This document shows, one piece after another, positions 40,396 to 50,082 of a DNA stretch of 56,000 bases. Source of the stretch: Candidatus Omnitrophota bacterium (GTDB lineage Bacteria > Omnitrophota > Gorgyraeia > Gygaellales > Profunditerraquicolaceae); NCBI GenBank assembly GCA_003598135.1, contig QZKA01000004.1:1-56000 (forward strand), in the 5' to 3' direction. Below the pieces are notes generated by a model. That model had not been told where the DNA came from. It was given only the letters and a program-made list of their open reading frames with translations, and searched no databases. The translations under genes were made by a program, and so were the position numbers. The first letter of the stretch is position 1. Each line of letters starts with the position of its first letter.

Positions 40396-41495
40396 GGGAT
40401 GTGGGTGTCAGGATAACCGTGATTGCTCTAATTTTGTGCGTGTTGGGGATTATTTCTATTTACAGCAACACCCATCAGAAAGAAGACCGTTACTGGCAGC
40501 TGACGTATCAGCGCCAGATCCTCTGGGTGATTATGGGCCTTTTCATTTTTTCAATCACATCGCATTTTAATTACCGTAATTTATGGGATTTCTCTTATTT
40601 CCTCTATGCCTTTGTGCTCCTTTTGTTATTCCTGGTATTCGTGTTGGGGGTAGTGCGGCTAGGCGCCCAGAGGTGGCTTAAAATCGCCTGGTTCAATTTC
40701 CAGCCTTCAGAGTTGGTAAAACTGGTGTTTGTAATATTCTATGCGCGGTATTTCAGCGCGAAATCTGTCCATGATGTATCGTTGAGGGTAGGTAAGTTCG
40801 GGGCATTCAGGGCAATGCTCTTGCCGCTTCTGTTCTTAAGCGTGCCCCTGTATCTAATCGTCGAACAGCCCGACTTGGGCAGCGCTGTCATGATCATGAT
40901 GATATTTGTGATAATGCTTTTTCTTGGCCATGTGAAGCTGCGTTACCTTCTTATATTCATCGGGCTGATACTTGCGTTTTTGCCGCTAGGATGGCATTTT
41001 TTAAGGGACTATCAAAAAGACAGGCTGATAGTCTTCTTGAATCCCAATATTGACCCGCTCGGCGCAGGATATACCATTATCCAGTCAAAAATTGCCATAG
41101 GTTCAGGGGGTTTCTTCGGGCAGGGCTGGTTATCGGGCACGCAGAGCCAGCTTTATTTCCTGCCCGAATCGCACACCGACTTTATTTTTGCCACCTTCAT
41201 CGAAGAGTGGGGTTTGGCTGGCGGGTTTGTGCTTCTGGGGTTATATTATCTGCTTGTCCGCCAGGGCATCCTGATTGCGGCAAAAACCTACGACCATTTT
41301 GGAAGGCTCTTGGCCCTGGGAATCTGTGCGATGCTGTCTTTGCAGGTTTTTATCAATGTGGCGATGAACTTGGGGCTTGCCCCTGTAGTCGGCATTCCTT
41401 TACCCTTGATGAGCTACGGCGGTTCATCGCTATTCTCGACGCTTCTTGCGCTGGGGATCCTGGTGAACATCAACAGGTCTCGGGCAGTGTTTTAA
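40392..41495 (+). CDS. rodA: SEDS protein RodA
   Basis: GAQRW, QPSE, QPDLG, PESHTDFIF, GIPLPLMSYGGSS; GTG start 40392. Confidence 0.94.
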   Translation: MRDVGVRITVIALILCVLGIISIYSNTHQKEDRYWQLTYQRQILWVIMGLFIFSITSHFNYRNLWDFSYFLYAFVLLLLFLVFVLGVVRLGAQRWLKIAWFNFQPSELVKLVFVIFYARYFSAKSVHDVSLRVGKFGAFRAMLLPLLFLSVPLYLIVEQPDLGSAVMIMMIFVIMLFLGHVKLRYLLIFIGLILAFLPLGWHFLRDYQKDRLIVFLNPNIDPLGAGYTIIQSKIAIGSGGFFGQGWLSGTQSQLYFLPESHTDFIFATFIEEWGLAGGFVLLGLYYLLVRQGILIAAKTYDHFGRLLALGICAMLSLQVFINVAMNLGLAPVVGIPLPLMSYGGSSLFSTLLALGILVNINRSRAVF

Positions 41496-41542
41496 TTCTT
41501 CAAAACGTCAGGTTAGTCCGTGTATTATTCTTGAGGTTTCCT

Positions 41543-43294
41543 ATGCGTCAAGATTACCTGCTTGCGGTGCGCAAGCCCGGCCAATATATCGGAGGCGAAT
41601 GGAACGTCTCGTCAAAACCTTTTGAAAAGGCCTTTATTACCTTTGCGCTTTGTTTCCCCGATTTGTACGAAGTGGGGATGAGCAATGTGGGTATGCGAAT
41701 CATCTACGACGAGCTCAGGCGCATAGACGATGTTGCCTGCGAGCGGTTTTTTTCTCCGGGCCTTGATATGGAATCCGTGCTGGGCGCTCACCACGATGAA
41801 ATCGAGTCCCTGGAATCAGGAAAAAGTCTTAAGGAGTTTGATTGCATCGGTTTTTGCTTGAGCCACGAACTAAACTATACTAATGTGCTCAATATGCTTA
41901 CGCTAGGCAATGTCCCGCTTTTGTCCGAAGCGCGCAAAGCGCAGGATCCCCTTGTAATCGGGGGCGGGCCGTGTACCCTTAATCCTGAACCATTGCATGT
42001 TTTTTTTGATGCGTTCGTAATCGGTGAAGGGGAAGAGGCGGTTGTCGAGCTTATGGCTGCTTTTCGCCGCAACAAAACTGCCTTCAGGGAATCGAAGATG
42101 AGCAGGGAAGAACTCTTGAGGGTTTTTGCAAGGATCGAAGGAGTATATGTGCCGTCATTGTACGAGGCGTCTTATGACGAAGAGGGCAGGCTTGTTAAGT
42201 TTGTGCCTAAAACACCCGGAGCCCCTGCAGTGGTGAGAAAGCGTTTTGTGCCTGATTTGGAACGTGCCTCGTTTCCGACGCGCTGGCTCGTTCCTTATGT
42301 TCAGATAATCCATGACCGGGCTGCGCTTGAGATCATGCGCGGTTGCCCTAACCGCTGCCGTTTTTGCCAGGCGAGGGCTCACTATTTTCCTTATCGTTTG
42401 AGGAAACCGGAAAGCGTCATGCGGCTGGCCAAGGAACTATACCGGACAACCGGTTACGAAGAAATATCCCTGGTCGGTTTGTCGGTGAGTGATTATCCCG
42501 GCATCGAAGGCCTGATTGAATCACTGATCGATAATTTTAAAGAAGAGGCAGTGAGTATTTCTCTGCCCTCGATTAAGCCCCGCCTGGTTGCAGGCAGGCT
42601 CTCATCGTTAATCGCGCGCATCAAGAAGACCGGCCTGACCTTTGCGCCCGAGGCAGCGACGGATAGGCTGCGCAGTATTCTCGGCAAGGATTTTGACGAA
42701 GAAGAATTCTTTAAAGTATTACAAGAGGCCTTTGCGCACGGCTATCAGAATATAAAACTTTATTTTATGATTGGCCTGCCTTCCGAGAAGGAGAGTGACG
42801 TTGAAGAGATCGTGCGGTTGGGCATGCGGGTTTCAGAGGCCAGGCGCAAAGCCGTTAAACGGCCTGCCCGCATCAGCCTCAGCGTGAACGCCCTCATACC
42901 CAGGCCGCACACCCCGTTCCAATGGCTGCGCATGGAAGACCGCTTAAGCCTGCAACACAAGTTTAATATTCTTAAGGAGCGCACCAGGCGTGCACGGTTT
43001 AACTTCAGTTTTCATAATCTTAATATGAGTTTTCTTGAGGCGGTGCTCTCGCGCGGTGACAGGCGGTTAAGCGGGGTCATACTGTATGCGTTTGAGCATG
43101 GCGCACGCTTTGATGCCTGGCAGGATATGTTCAGGTTTGACCTCTGGGAAGAGGCGTTCCGGATAAACCACATCAGCCCAGACTGGTATGTGCGAGAGAG
43201 GCAAAGGCAAGAGCTTTTGCCCTGGGATTTCCTTGATATCGGCATTTCCAAGAGTGCGCTACGCAAAGAAGCTGATGCTGCCTCTGTCGGTTGA
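41543..43294 (+). CDS. TIGR03960-type B12-binding radical SAM protein
   Basis: FPDLYEVGMS, CPNRCRFC, TFAPEA, YFMIGLP, LPWD; position after rodA; start trimmed to ATG 41543. Confidence 0.85.
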   Translation: MRQDYLLAVRKPGQYIGGEWNVSSKPFEKAFITFALCFPDLYEVGMSNVGMRIIYDELRRIDDVACERFFSPGLDMESVLGAHHDEIESLESGKSLKEFDCIGFCLSHELNYTNVLNMLTLGNVPLLSEARKAQDPLVIGGGPCTLNPEPLHVFFDAFVIGEGEEAVVELMAAFRRNKTAFRESKMSREELLRVFARIEGVYVPSLYEASYDEEGRLVKFVPKTPGAPAVVRKRFVPDLERASFPTRWLVPYVQIIHDRAALEIMRGCPNRCRFCQARAHYFPYRLRKPESVMRLAKELYRTTGYEEISLVGLSVSDYPGIEGLIESLIDNFKEEAVSISLPSIKPRLVAGRLSSLIARIKKTGLTFAPEAATDRLRSILGKDFDEEEFFKVLQEAFAHGYQNIKLYFMIGLPSEKESDVEEIVRLGMRVSEARRKAVKRPARISLSVNALIPRPHTPFQWLRMEDRLSLQHKFNILKERTRRARFNFSFHNLNMSFLEAVLSRGDRRLSGVILYAFEHGARFDAWQDMFRFDLWEEAFRINHISPDWYVRERQRQELLPWDFLDIGISKSALRKEADAASVG

Positions 43295-43322
43295 GGGAGC
43301 CGTGCGTTTTTATTAAAACTGA

Positions 43323-43351
43323 TTGCAATAACACAAGATAAGATGTATAAT
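43323..43351 (+). promoter_or_regulatory. Sigma70 promoter of the signalling/pilus operon
   Basis: TTGCAA - 17 bp - TATAAT. Confidence 0.75.
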
Positions 43352-43398
43352 TATATTTCAAAAAGAAATCGGTTATCCCATAAGCCCGGGAGGCAGCT

Positions 43399-44838
43399 AT
43401 GAAAAAGAACGTCGTCCTTACCTTATCTTCGCAAAATATCCATTATAAATTAAAGATTGCATTTGCGCTGATGTCCATATTGCCTTTACTTGTTTTTATC
43501 TACATAGTTTCCAACTATGTCCTTCCTAACATCGGCCTGAAGCTAGATATCTGGATTTCGATAGTGATCAGCGTATTGATTTCGGGGATAGGGTTTTTCG
43601 TGGTCAAAGAGGTCATGGACCGCATTATTTCATTAGCCACGATCGCTAAACTTATCGCAGCCGGCGATATCAACCGCACGGTAGAGATGGAGCGCATTGA
43701 CGAGGTCGGCGACCTGGGTGATTCCCTCAACCAGATGACGCAGCGTATCCGCGACTACATGAATGAACTCAAAGGCTATAGCCTTAAGACCACCGAGATC
43801 AATTTTGAGATTCAGAAACGCATCCTTGTGCTTTCATCGCTTTTGCAGATAAGCTCTTTGATCGCGCAGGGCGTGAAACTCGAAGAGATCATAAAGCTGG
43901 CAACCGAAAAGTCGCGTCTTCTGGCGGATTCAGATGTCTCTTTTCTTTTTACAAGAGAAGAAGAAGGCCAGAAGTTCTCCATGAAGATAGCCGACGGCAT
44001 AGGGGCAAGTAGCCTGCTTTCGCTTACCATAGACCCCAACAAGGAAGTGTTTAGCAAGGCAATAAAATACAATAAGCCCCTTATCATCGATAAGGACAAT
44101 ACGGTATCTGATAGTTCAAAGATTGAATTTTACGACAAGTTCAAAGTCCATAATACGGTGTCGCTGCCGATATATTGCAGGGGTATGGTAAGCGCAATAC
44201 TGGGAGTGGGCAATTCAAGGGATGGATACCGTTACGAGAAAGACGATATAGACCTGCTGGATATTTTTGCCAAACAGATCGCGATTGCGATAGAGAACGA
44301 TTTATTACTGCATCAGGTTGAAAAGCTTGAGATAAAAGACCCGCTCACCGGGCTCTACAATAAGTCCTATATCGTCAACCGCCTTGAAGAGGAAATCAAA
44401 AGGGCTGTTGTCTGCCAGAGGCCGTGTGCCTTTGTTATGATTAACATCGATAATTTCCAGGCCTATAAGAATAACTTCGGCTCCCTCCAGTCGGAAGCTA
44501 CCTTGCGCAGCATCGCATCCTTGATTAGGGAATCGGTAAGCGAAATCGACCGGGTTGCCAGGTTTGACGACAATGAATTCGCGCTTGTGCTGCCTGAAAA
44601 AAATAAGCGGCAGGCAAAGGACCTTGCAGAGGAGGTCCGCAAAAAAATAGAATTCTCTTTTTCCAAAGAACAGGAAGCAAGGCGTAAGCTTACGGTAAGC
44701 GGCGGAGTGAGCGAGAACCCGCTCGACGGAGTTACCTCCGTCGAACTTATCGACAAGGCAAAAGAACTGCTTGGTGCTGCAAAGCGGCAGGGTAAAAACA
44801 TGATTGTAAGCTTTAACGAAAAGCGCATATGCCAATAA
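43399..44838 (+). CDS. 2TM-HAMP-GAF-GGDEF protein with degenerate cyclase site
   Basis: HAMP (DEVGDLGDSLNQM), GAF, DPLTGLYN; active site reads RFDDNEF. Confidence 0.85.
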   Translation: MKKNVVLTLSSQNIHYKLKIAFALMSILPLLVFIYIVSNYVLPNIGLKLDIWISIVISVLISGIGFFVVKEVMDRIISLATIAKLIAAGDINRTVEMERIDEVGDLGDSLNQMTQRIRDYMNELKGYSLKTTEINFEIQKRILVLSSLLQISSLIAQGVKLEEIIKLATEKSRLLADSDVSFLFTREEEGQKFSMKIADGIGASSLLSLTIDPNKEVFSKAIKYNKPLIIDKDNTVSDSSKIEFYDKFKVHNTVSLPIYCRGMVSAILGVGNSRDGYRYEKDDIDLLDIFAKQIAIAIENDLLLHQVEKLEIKDPLTGLYNKSYIVNRLEEEIKRAVVCQRPCAFVMINIDNFQAYKNNFGSLQSEATLRSIASLIRESVSEIDRVARFDDNEFALVLPEKNKRQAKDLAEEVRKKIEFSFSKEQEARRKLTVSGGVSENPLDGVTSVELIDKAKELLGAAKRQGKNMIVSFNEKRICQ

Positions 44839-45275
44839 GGATTATTAAGAAACAGCTTGGAGAGCTGCTTGTAGAGCAGGGCATCATTAACCAGAACCAG
44901 CTTGACAGGGCCTTGTCTGCCCAGAAAGAAAAGGGCGGCCTTATCGGAGAAATCCTGGTTGAGCTTGGTTTTGCCAAGGAAGAGGATATCGCGCACGCCC
45001 TAACCGTGCAATACGGTTTTCCTTATCTGCCGCTGGACAATTACGAAATCAATCCCGATATGACCAAAATCATTCCGTCTAGGGTCTGCCGGCAATACCT
45101 GCTCATGCCAATTGACAAGATCGGTAATAATTTGAGCGTCGGCATGTCGAACCCTTTGAATATTCAGGCTGTCGAGGATATCGAGCTGCTTTCAGGTTGC
45201 AATGTCCAGATCTTTGTCTGTACCGCCTCTGACATCAAGAAGGCGATCGAGAAGCACTATAAAGAGAAGGCATAG
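44829..45275 (+). CDS. Stand-alone MshEN / T2SSE-N domain protein
   Basis: QLGELLVEQGII..QLDRALSAQ..LIGEILVELG tandem motif, no ATPase domain. Confidence 0.85.
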   Translation: MPIRIIKKQLGELLVEQGIINQNQLDRALSAQKEKGGLIGEILVELGFAKEEDIAHALTVQYGFPYLPLDNYEINPDMTKIIPSRVCRQYLLMPIDKIGNNLSVGMSNPLNIQAVEDIELLSGCNVQIFVCTASDIKKAIEKHYKEKA

Positions 45276-45295
45276 AAGTCGGAACGCGGCGCATG

Positions 45296-45476
45296 AAATC
45301 TCAAATCACAAATTCCAAATAAATTCCAATGTCCAAAATTCCAGCCACCAAAACGTGCCTGGTTCGGTAATTCGGTCATTGGGATTTTGAGTTTATTTGT
45401 GATTTGCCTGACTGCCCTGACTGCCCTGACTGCCGTCAGGCAGGCGTCAGGCAGGATGTTTGGAATTTGAGTTTTT
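45296..45476. repeat. Composite repeat element core, copy C (inverted relative to A and B)
   Basis: Matches the reverse complement of the A/B core (TTATTTGTGATTTG at 45393-45406); expanded palindrome at 45407-45455. Confidence 0.8.
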
Positions 45477-45500
45477 ATTACCACTTATTCATACTAAACA

Positions 45501-47219
45501 ATGATTTCTTTAAAAGAGAGACTCACAGATATCCTTATCAAGAACAAGCTCATTACCGAAGAGCAGCTCAATGAGGCCATAGAAGCACAGAAGAAAAAAG
45601 GGGGGAAGCTGCGCGATATCATCGTAGAGCTTAATTTTGTCAAAGAAGGCGACCTTATTTCTGCCTTAAGCGAAGGCCTCGATTTCCCCCTCATCGATTT
45701 AAAGCGCCTCAAGATTGACCCCGAGATAGTAAAGATTATTCCCATTGAAGTAAGCCGCCATTATCAGATAGTCCCTATTTCCAAGATGGGCGATACTGTT
45801 ACCTTGGCAATGGTTGATCCGCTCAATATATTCGCCATAGACCACGTCGAGAAGCTGACCGGTTACAAGATAAACCCTATTATCGCCTCTTTACAGGATA
45901 TTGTACAGACTGTAGAAGTTTCATACCCTGACCTGGCCAAGGATATGCTCAACAGCCTGGTGAAGGAGATGTCTGATACCTCAATTGAGCTCATCAGGGA
46001 GGAAGCCGAGCACACACCCACCGACCAGGAATTAGGAAAGCTCAGCCAGGATGCCCCGGTCATAAAAATTACCAATATATTGCTTGAAGAGGCAGTGAAG
46101 AAAAAGGCATCGGATATCCTCATAGAGCCGTTTGAGAGAAAGCTGAGGATCCGCTATAGGGTAGACGGTATATTGCAGATTACTGAAGCACCCCCGAAAA
46201 GGATGCATGCCTCGGTTGTCTCGCGCATCAAGGTTGTTTCGGAACTGGATATCGCCGAACACAGGTTGCCGCAAGACGGCCGTTTTAAGGCGCGGGTTGC
46301 CGGAAGGGAAGTTGACTTTCGGGTTTCCATTTTGCCTTCAAGCTTCGGAGAGAAGGTGGCGATACGTATCCTTGATAAAAGCCAGGCGATGCTTAACCTC
46401 GAGCAGCTTGGTTTTAGCCGGGATATCCTTGACAAGCTTGAGAAGGTTTCCCGCCTGCCTCACGGAATGATTCTTGTGTGTGGCCCGACCGGCTCGGGCA
46501 AGACCACTACCTTGTATTCGGTATTAAAATCCGTTGATGCACCTGAAAAGAATATCGTCACCGTCGAAGACCCGGTAGAATATCAGCTGGAGGGGATAAA
46601 CCAGGTAACCGTGCGGCAAGAAATAGGGCTTACCTTTGCCAGTGCCCTACGCTCTATATTAAGGCAGGACCCGAATATCATCATGATTGGTGAGATCCGT
46701 GATTTCCCGACTATGGATATCGCCATCAAAAGCGCCCTCACCGGCCACCTCGTCCTTTCGACATTACACACTACTACGGCAAGCGGCTCAATCATCCGAT
46801 TGGTGAACATGGGCGTTGAGCCCTATCTTATTAATTCCTCGGTGGTCTGTATTGCTGCCCAGCGGTTGATCAGGAAGATATGCACTCACTGTAAGGAGGA
46901 GTACGAAGTGGACGATGAGATCTTGCGTACCCTCAGGATAAAAATAGAAGGTAAGCAGAAGCCGAAATTTTTCCGGGGCAAAGGCTGTAACCGTTGTTTT
47001 AATTTTGGCTACAGCGGAAGGCTGGGTATCGCGGAATTGCTTCTTTTGAGCCCCAAGGTAAGGGAATTAATCTTAAACCGTGCCCAGGAGCACATGATCA
47101 AGCAGCAGGCGCGGCAAGAAGGTATGAGGACGCTCAGGGAAGAAGGGATGAGCGCGGCGTTACGAGGTTTCACGACGCTTGAGGAGGTTGTCCGAGTAAC
47201 CGCGCCTGATGAGAACTAG
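45501..47219 (+). CDS. pilB: PilB/GspE-family assembly ATPase 1
   Basis: GPTGSGKT, TVEDPVE, DPNIIMIGEIRD, TGHLVLSTLH, tetra-Cys. Confidence 0.9.
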   Translation: MISLKERLTDILIKNKLITEEQLNEAIEAQKKKGGKLRDIIVELNFVKEGDLISALSEGLDFPLIDLKRLKIDPEIVKIIPIEVSRHYQIVPISKMGDTVTLAMVDPLNIFAIDHVEKLTGYKINPIIASLQDIVQTVEVSYPDLAKDMLNSLVKEMSDTSIELIREEAEHTPTDQELGKLSQDAPVIKITNILLEEAVKKKASDILIEPFERKLRIRYRVDGILQITEAPPKRMHASVVSRIKVVSELDIAEHRLPQDGRFKARVAGREVDFRVSILPSSFGEKVAIRILDKSQAMLNLEQLGFSRDILDKLEKVSRLPHGMILVCGPTGSGKTTTLYSVLKSVDAPEKNIVTVEDPVEYQLEGINQVTVRQEIGLTFASALRSILRQDPNIIMIGEIRDFPTMDIAIKSALTGHLVLSTLHTTTASGSIIRLVNMGVEPYLINSSVVCIAAQRLIRKICTHCKEEYEVDDEILRTLRIKIEGKQKPKFFRGKGCNRCFNFGYSGRLGIAELLLLSPKVRELILNRAQEHMIKQQARQEGMRTLREEGMSAALRGFTTLEEVVRVTAPDEN

Positions 47220-47230
47220 GCTAGAAGGAT

Positions 47231-47291
47231 AAGGTTAAGGCTTAGGCTGAGGTAACATTCTCGCCTTGACCTTAGCCTAAGCCTTAACCTT
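47231..47291. repeat. 23-bp hairpin built from TAAGGY hexamers
   Basis: AAGGTTAAGGCTTAGGCTGAGGT (47231-47253) / ACCTTAGCCTAAGCCTTAACCTT (47269-47291), one G-U pair. Confidence 0.85.
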
Positions 47292-47299
47292 TTACTACG

Positions 47300-49009
47300 A
47301 TGCAAGCACTCAAAGAGACTATCATCGACATATTGTTCAAAAGCGGGCTTATCCCGAAAGAGAACCTGGATAAGGCGCTGGAGATCCAGAAGGTCAAGCA
47401 GGTGCCGCTGCGCAGGATCCTGGTTGAAGAAGGCTACATTTCCGATGTGGATTTATTGGCCCTGATATCGAACCAGCTCTATATTCCGACGCTGCACATC
47501 TCTAAATACAAATTCGATCCGGATATTATCAAATTGATCCCGGAACACATCGCCCGCCAGTATTCAGTGATCCCGCTTTCCCGTATTGGCAACACGATTA
47601 CCGTGGCCCTGGTCGATCCCCTCAACATTTTTGCTCTCGATGACCTCAAGGCCTTAACGGGTTGCGCGATCGATACCGTGCTAAGCTCTGAAGAGGAGAT
47701 ACTCAAGGCCATCCAGTCGCATTACGGCTCAGGCGTCGATATCCAGAAGATGCTGAAAGAGGGCATTCTCGCAGACGCAAGCGCAGATGCAAAAGACCTG
47801 GAGCTCTTAAGGAACGAAGAGATAGAACTAAGCAGCGCTATCGAGGAAAGCGAGAAGCCGACCATAGTCAAGCTTGTTGACCTTATGCTTACCGAGGCGT
47901 TAAAAAGAAGGGCTTCTGACGTGCATGTGGAGCCCGAGGAAGACGGGCTGCGCGTGCGCTACCGCATTGACGGCTCCTTGCATGAGATATTCAAGTTGCC
48001 CAGGAAGAACCAGAATGCGATTCTTGCCCGATTAAAGATTATTTCAAACCTCGATATTACGGAAAACCGTATCCCTCAGGACGGAAGGTTCAAGGTGAAG
48101 TTTGAGGGCAGGGAGGTGGATTTCCGTGTTTCAAGCCTCCCTATTAAGTTCGGCCAGAAATTTGTGTTACGTTCCCTGGACAAAACAAATCTGTCCATCG
48201 GATTGGATAAGCTGGGTTTCTCCGAGCAGCCTTTGCGTGTTTTCAAGGAAGCCATTGCGAAGCCTTTCGGCATGATGCTGGTAACCGGGCCTACGGGATC
48301 AGGAAAATCAACGACCCTGTATTCGGTATTGAATCAACTTAACACCCCGGAGAGGAATATAGTTACTATCGAGGACCCCGTGGAATACCAGGTAGAGGGG
48401 ATTACGCAGATTCAGGTAAAGCCTGAGATCGGGCTTGATTTTGCCTCGGGGTTGCGCTCTATACTGCGCCAGACCCCTGACGTAATCATGATCGGAGAAA
48501 TAAGGGATTCAGAGACCGCAGATATCGCGATAAAGGCCTCCCTTACCGGGCAGTTGGTGCTTTCGACGCTGCATACCAATGATGCCATCTCAAGCATTAC
48601 CCGTCTCATCGATATGAACGTGGAGCCGTTTTTGGTCTCTTCTAGCCTTGTGATGCTTTGTGCGCAAAGGTTGTGCCGCAGGATTTGCCCGAAGTGCAAA
48701 AAACCCGTTGAGGTACCCAAGGAATTTCTTGAGGATATCGGTTTTAAGGAGAAAGCTACCTTTTACAATGCAGAGGGCTGCAAACATTGTAATAATACCG
48801 GTTTCTACGGCCGCGTTGCCATACTTGAGGCGGTGCTTATCGACGACATAATCCGCGAAATGATTATCAAGAGAAAATCACTCGACGAAATCAAGGAATA
48901 CGCCGTCGGCAAGAATGGGATGATGACGCTTAGAGACGATGCGTTCCTTAAGGTGAAAGAGGGTACTGTCTCTATCGAAGAGGCATTGCGTATCACTACT
49001 GAAGAATAA
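47300..49009 (+). CDS. pilB: PilB/GspE-family assembly ATPase 2
   Basis: GPTGSGKS, TIEDPVE, DVIMIGEIRD, TGQLVLSTLH, tetra-Cys. Confidence 0.88.
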   Translation: MQALKETIIDILFKSGLIPKENLDKALEIQKVKQVPLRRILVEEGYISDVDLLALISNQLYIPTLHISKYKFDPDIIKLIPEHIARQYSVIPLSRIGNTITVALVDPLNIFALDDLKALTGCAIDTVLSSEEEILKAIQSHYGSGVDIQKMLKEGILADASADAKDLELLRNEEIELSSAIEESEKPTIVKLVDLMLTEALKRRASDVHVEPEEDGLRVRYRIDGSLHEIFKLPRKNQNAILARLKIISNLDITENRIPQDGRFKVKFEGREVDFRVSSLPIKFGQKFVLRSLDKTNLSIGLDKLGFSEQPLRVFKEAIAKPFGMMLVTGPTGSGKSTTLYSVLNQLNTPERNIVTIEDPVEYQVEGITQIQVKPEIGLDFASGLRSILRQTPDVIMIGEIRDSETADIAIKASLTGQLVLSTLHTNDAISSITRLIDMNVEPFLVSSSLVMLCAQRLCRRICPKCKKPVEVPKEFLEDIGFKEKATFYNAEGCKHCNNTGFYGRVAILEAVLIDDIIREMIIKRKSLDEIKEYAVGKNGMMTLRDDAFLKVKEGTVSIEEALRITTEE

Positions 49010-49011
49010 GT

Positions 49012-50082
49012 ATGGCTGAATCAGAAAAAATATTGTGTATTGAACAGGATGCCTCTGTGGTGCGCCAGCTGCAGGAGATCCTTGTGGACAGGGCAGGATA
49101 TGCAGTTTCTTTTGACGCCGATCCGGATATGGCACTAGCCTCTTTTAAAGACAATCAATTCGATCTGGTGATTGCCCCGTTCGGTATAGGGGGCCTGGAT
49201 GGGCTTGAGCTCATCAAACGCCTCAAGGCGGTTGATCCGGATTGTGTGATCATTCTTTTGGAGAAAAACAGCCATGCCAGGCTTTTGGAAGACTCAAGGC
49301 TTCTGGGGGCCTATGATATAATCAGCAACGATACTGTCCCCGGAAGGCTCTTGAGCGTGGTCGGCAAGGGGATCGAACTGCACGCAATACTTGCAGGCAG
49401 CCGTAAGTTCGCCGCCATTCTTAAAGAGCAGAATGCGTCGCTGCAGAAACAAAATCTGCTTCTGGCAAAAAGGATAGACGAATCGACAAGGAACCTGACG
49501 CGCCTCTACGAAGACCTGCGTTCGACCTACATGCGCACCATAAAGGCACTGGCGCAGGCAATAGATGCGCGGGACCATTATACCCACAGTCATTCCGAGA
49601 ACGTGGCACACATCGGCGTTATTATCGCCCAGGAGATGGGTTTGTCCGCCCGGGACCTTGAACATGTCAGGCAGGCAAGCGAACTGCACGATTTGGGAAA
49701 AATCGGCATTGAGGACAGGATATTGACAAAGCCTGCCGCCTTAGATGCTGAAGAGTGGGAGCAGATCAAGCGCCACCCGCAGATGGGCGCGCAGATATTA
49801 GAACCCTTGACCTTTTTGAACGATGTTATAGAATTAGTGAGACAGCACCACGAACATTATGACGGGAGAGGTTACCCCAAAGGCCTCAAAGGGGAAGAGA
49901 TACTCTTAGGTGCTCAGATCATTCACTTGGCAGATGCCTACGAAACAATGCGTTCTGAGCGTGCGTACCGGAAAGTACCTCTAAGTAAACAAGAGGCCAT
50001 TGCTGAGGTAAAAAAGAACTCCGGCACCCAGTTTTCCCCGCGGGTGGTGGAAGCATTCTTAAAGGTGGTGGATACCCTATGA
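49012..50082 (+). CDS. Pseudo-receiver + HD-GYP phosphodiesterase
   Basis: REC fold lacking the phospho-Asp (DLVIAP); HS, HDLGK, HHEHYDGRGYP, DAY. Confidence 0.88.
   Translation: MAESEKILCIEQDASVVRQLQEILVDRAGYAVSFDADPDMALASFKDNQFDLVIAPFGIGGLDGLELIKRLKAVDPDCVIILLEKNSHARLLEDSRLLGAYDIISNDTVPGRLLSVVGKGIELHAILAGSRKFAAILKEQNASLQKQNLLLAKRIDESTRNLTRLYEDLRSTYMRTIKALAQAIDARDHYTHSHSENVAHIGVIIAQEMGLSARDLEHVRQASELHDLGKIGIEDRILTKPAALDAEEWEQIKRHPQMGAQILEPLTFLNDVIELVRQHHEHYDGRGYPKGLKGEEILLGAQIIHLADAYETMRSERAYRKVPLSKQEAIAEVKKNSGTQFSPRVVEAFLKVVDTL

Noticed and set aside
43295-43398. c-di-GMP riboswitch ahead of the pilus operon
   Set aside because: The gap is mostly promoter; no GEMM two-hairpin pattern is visible.
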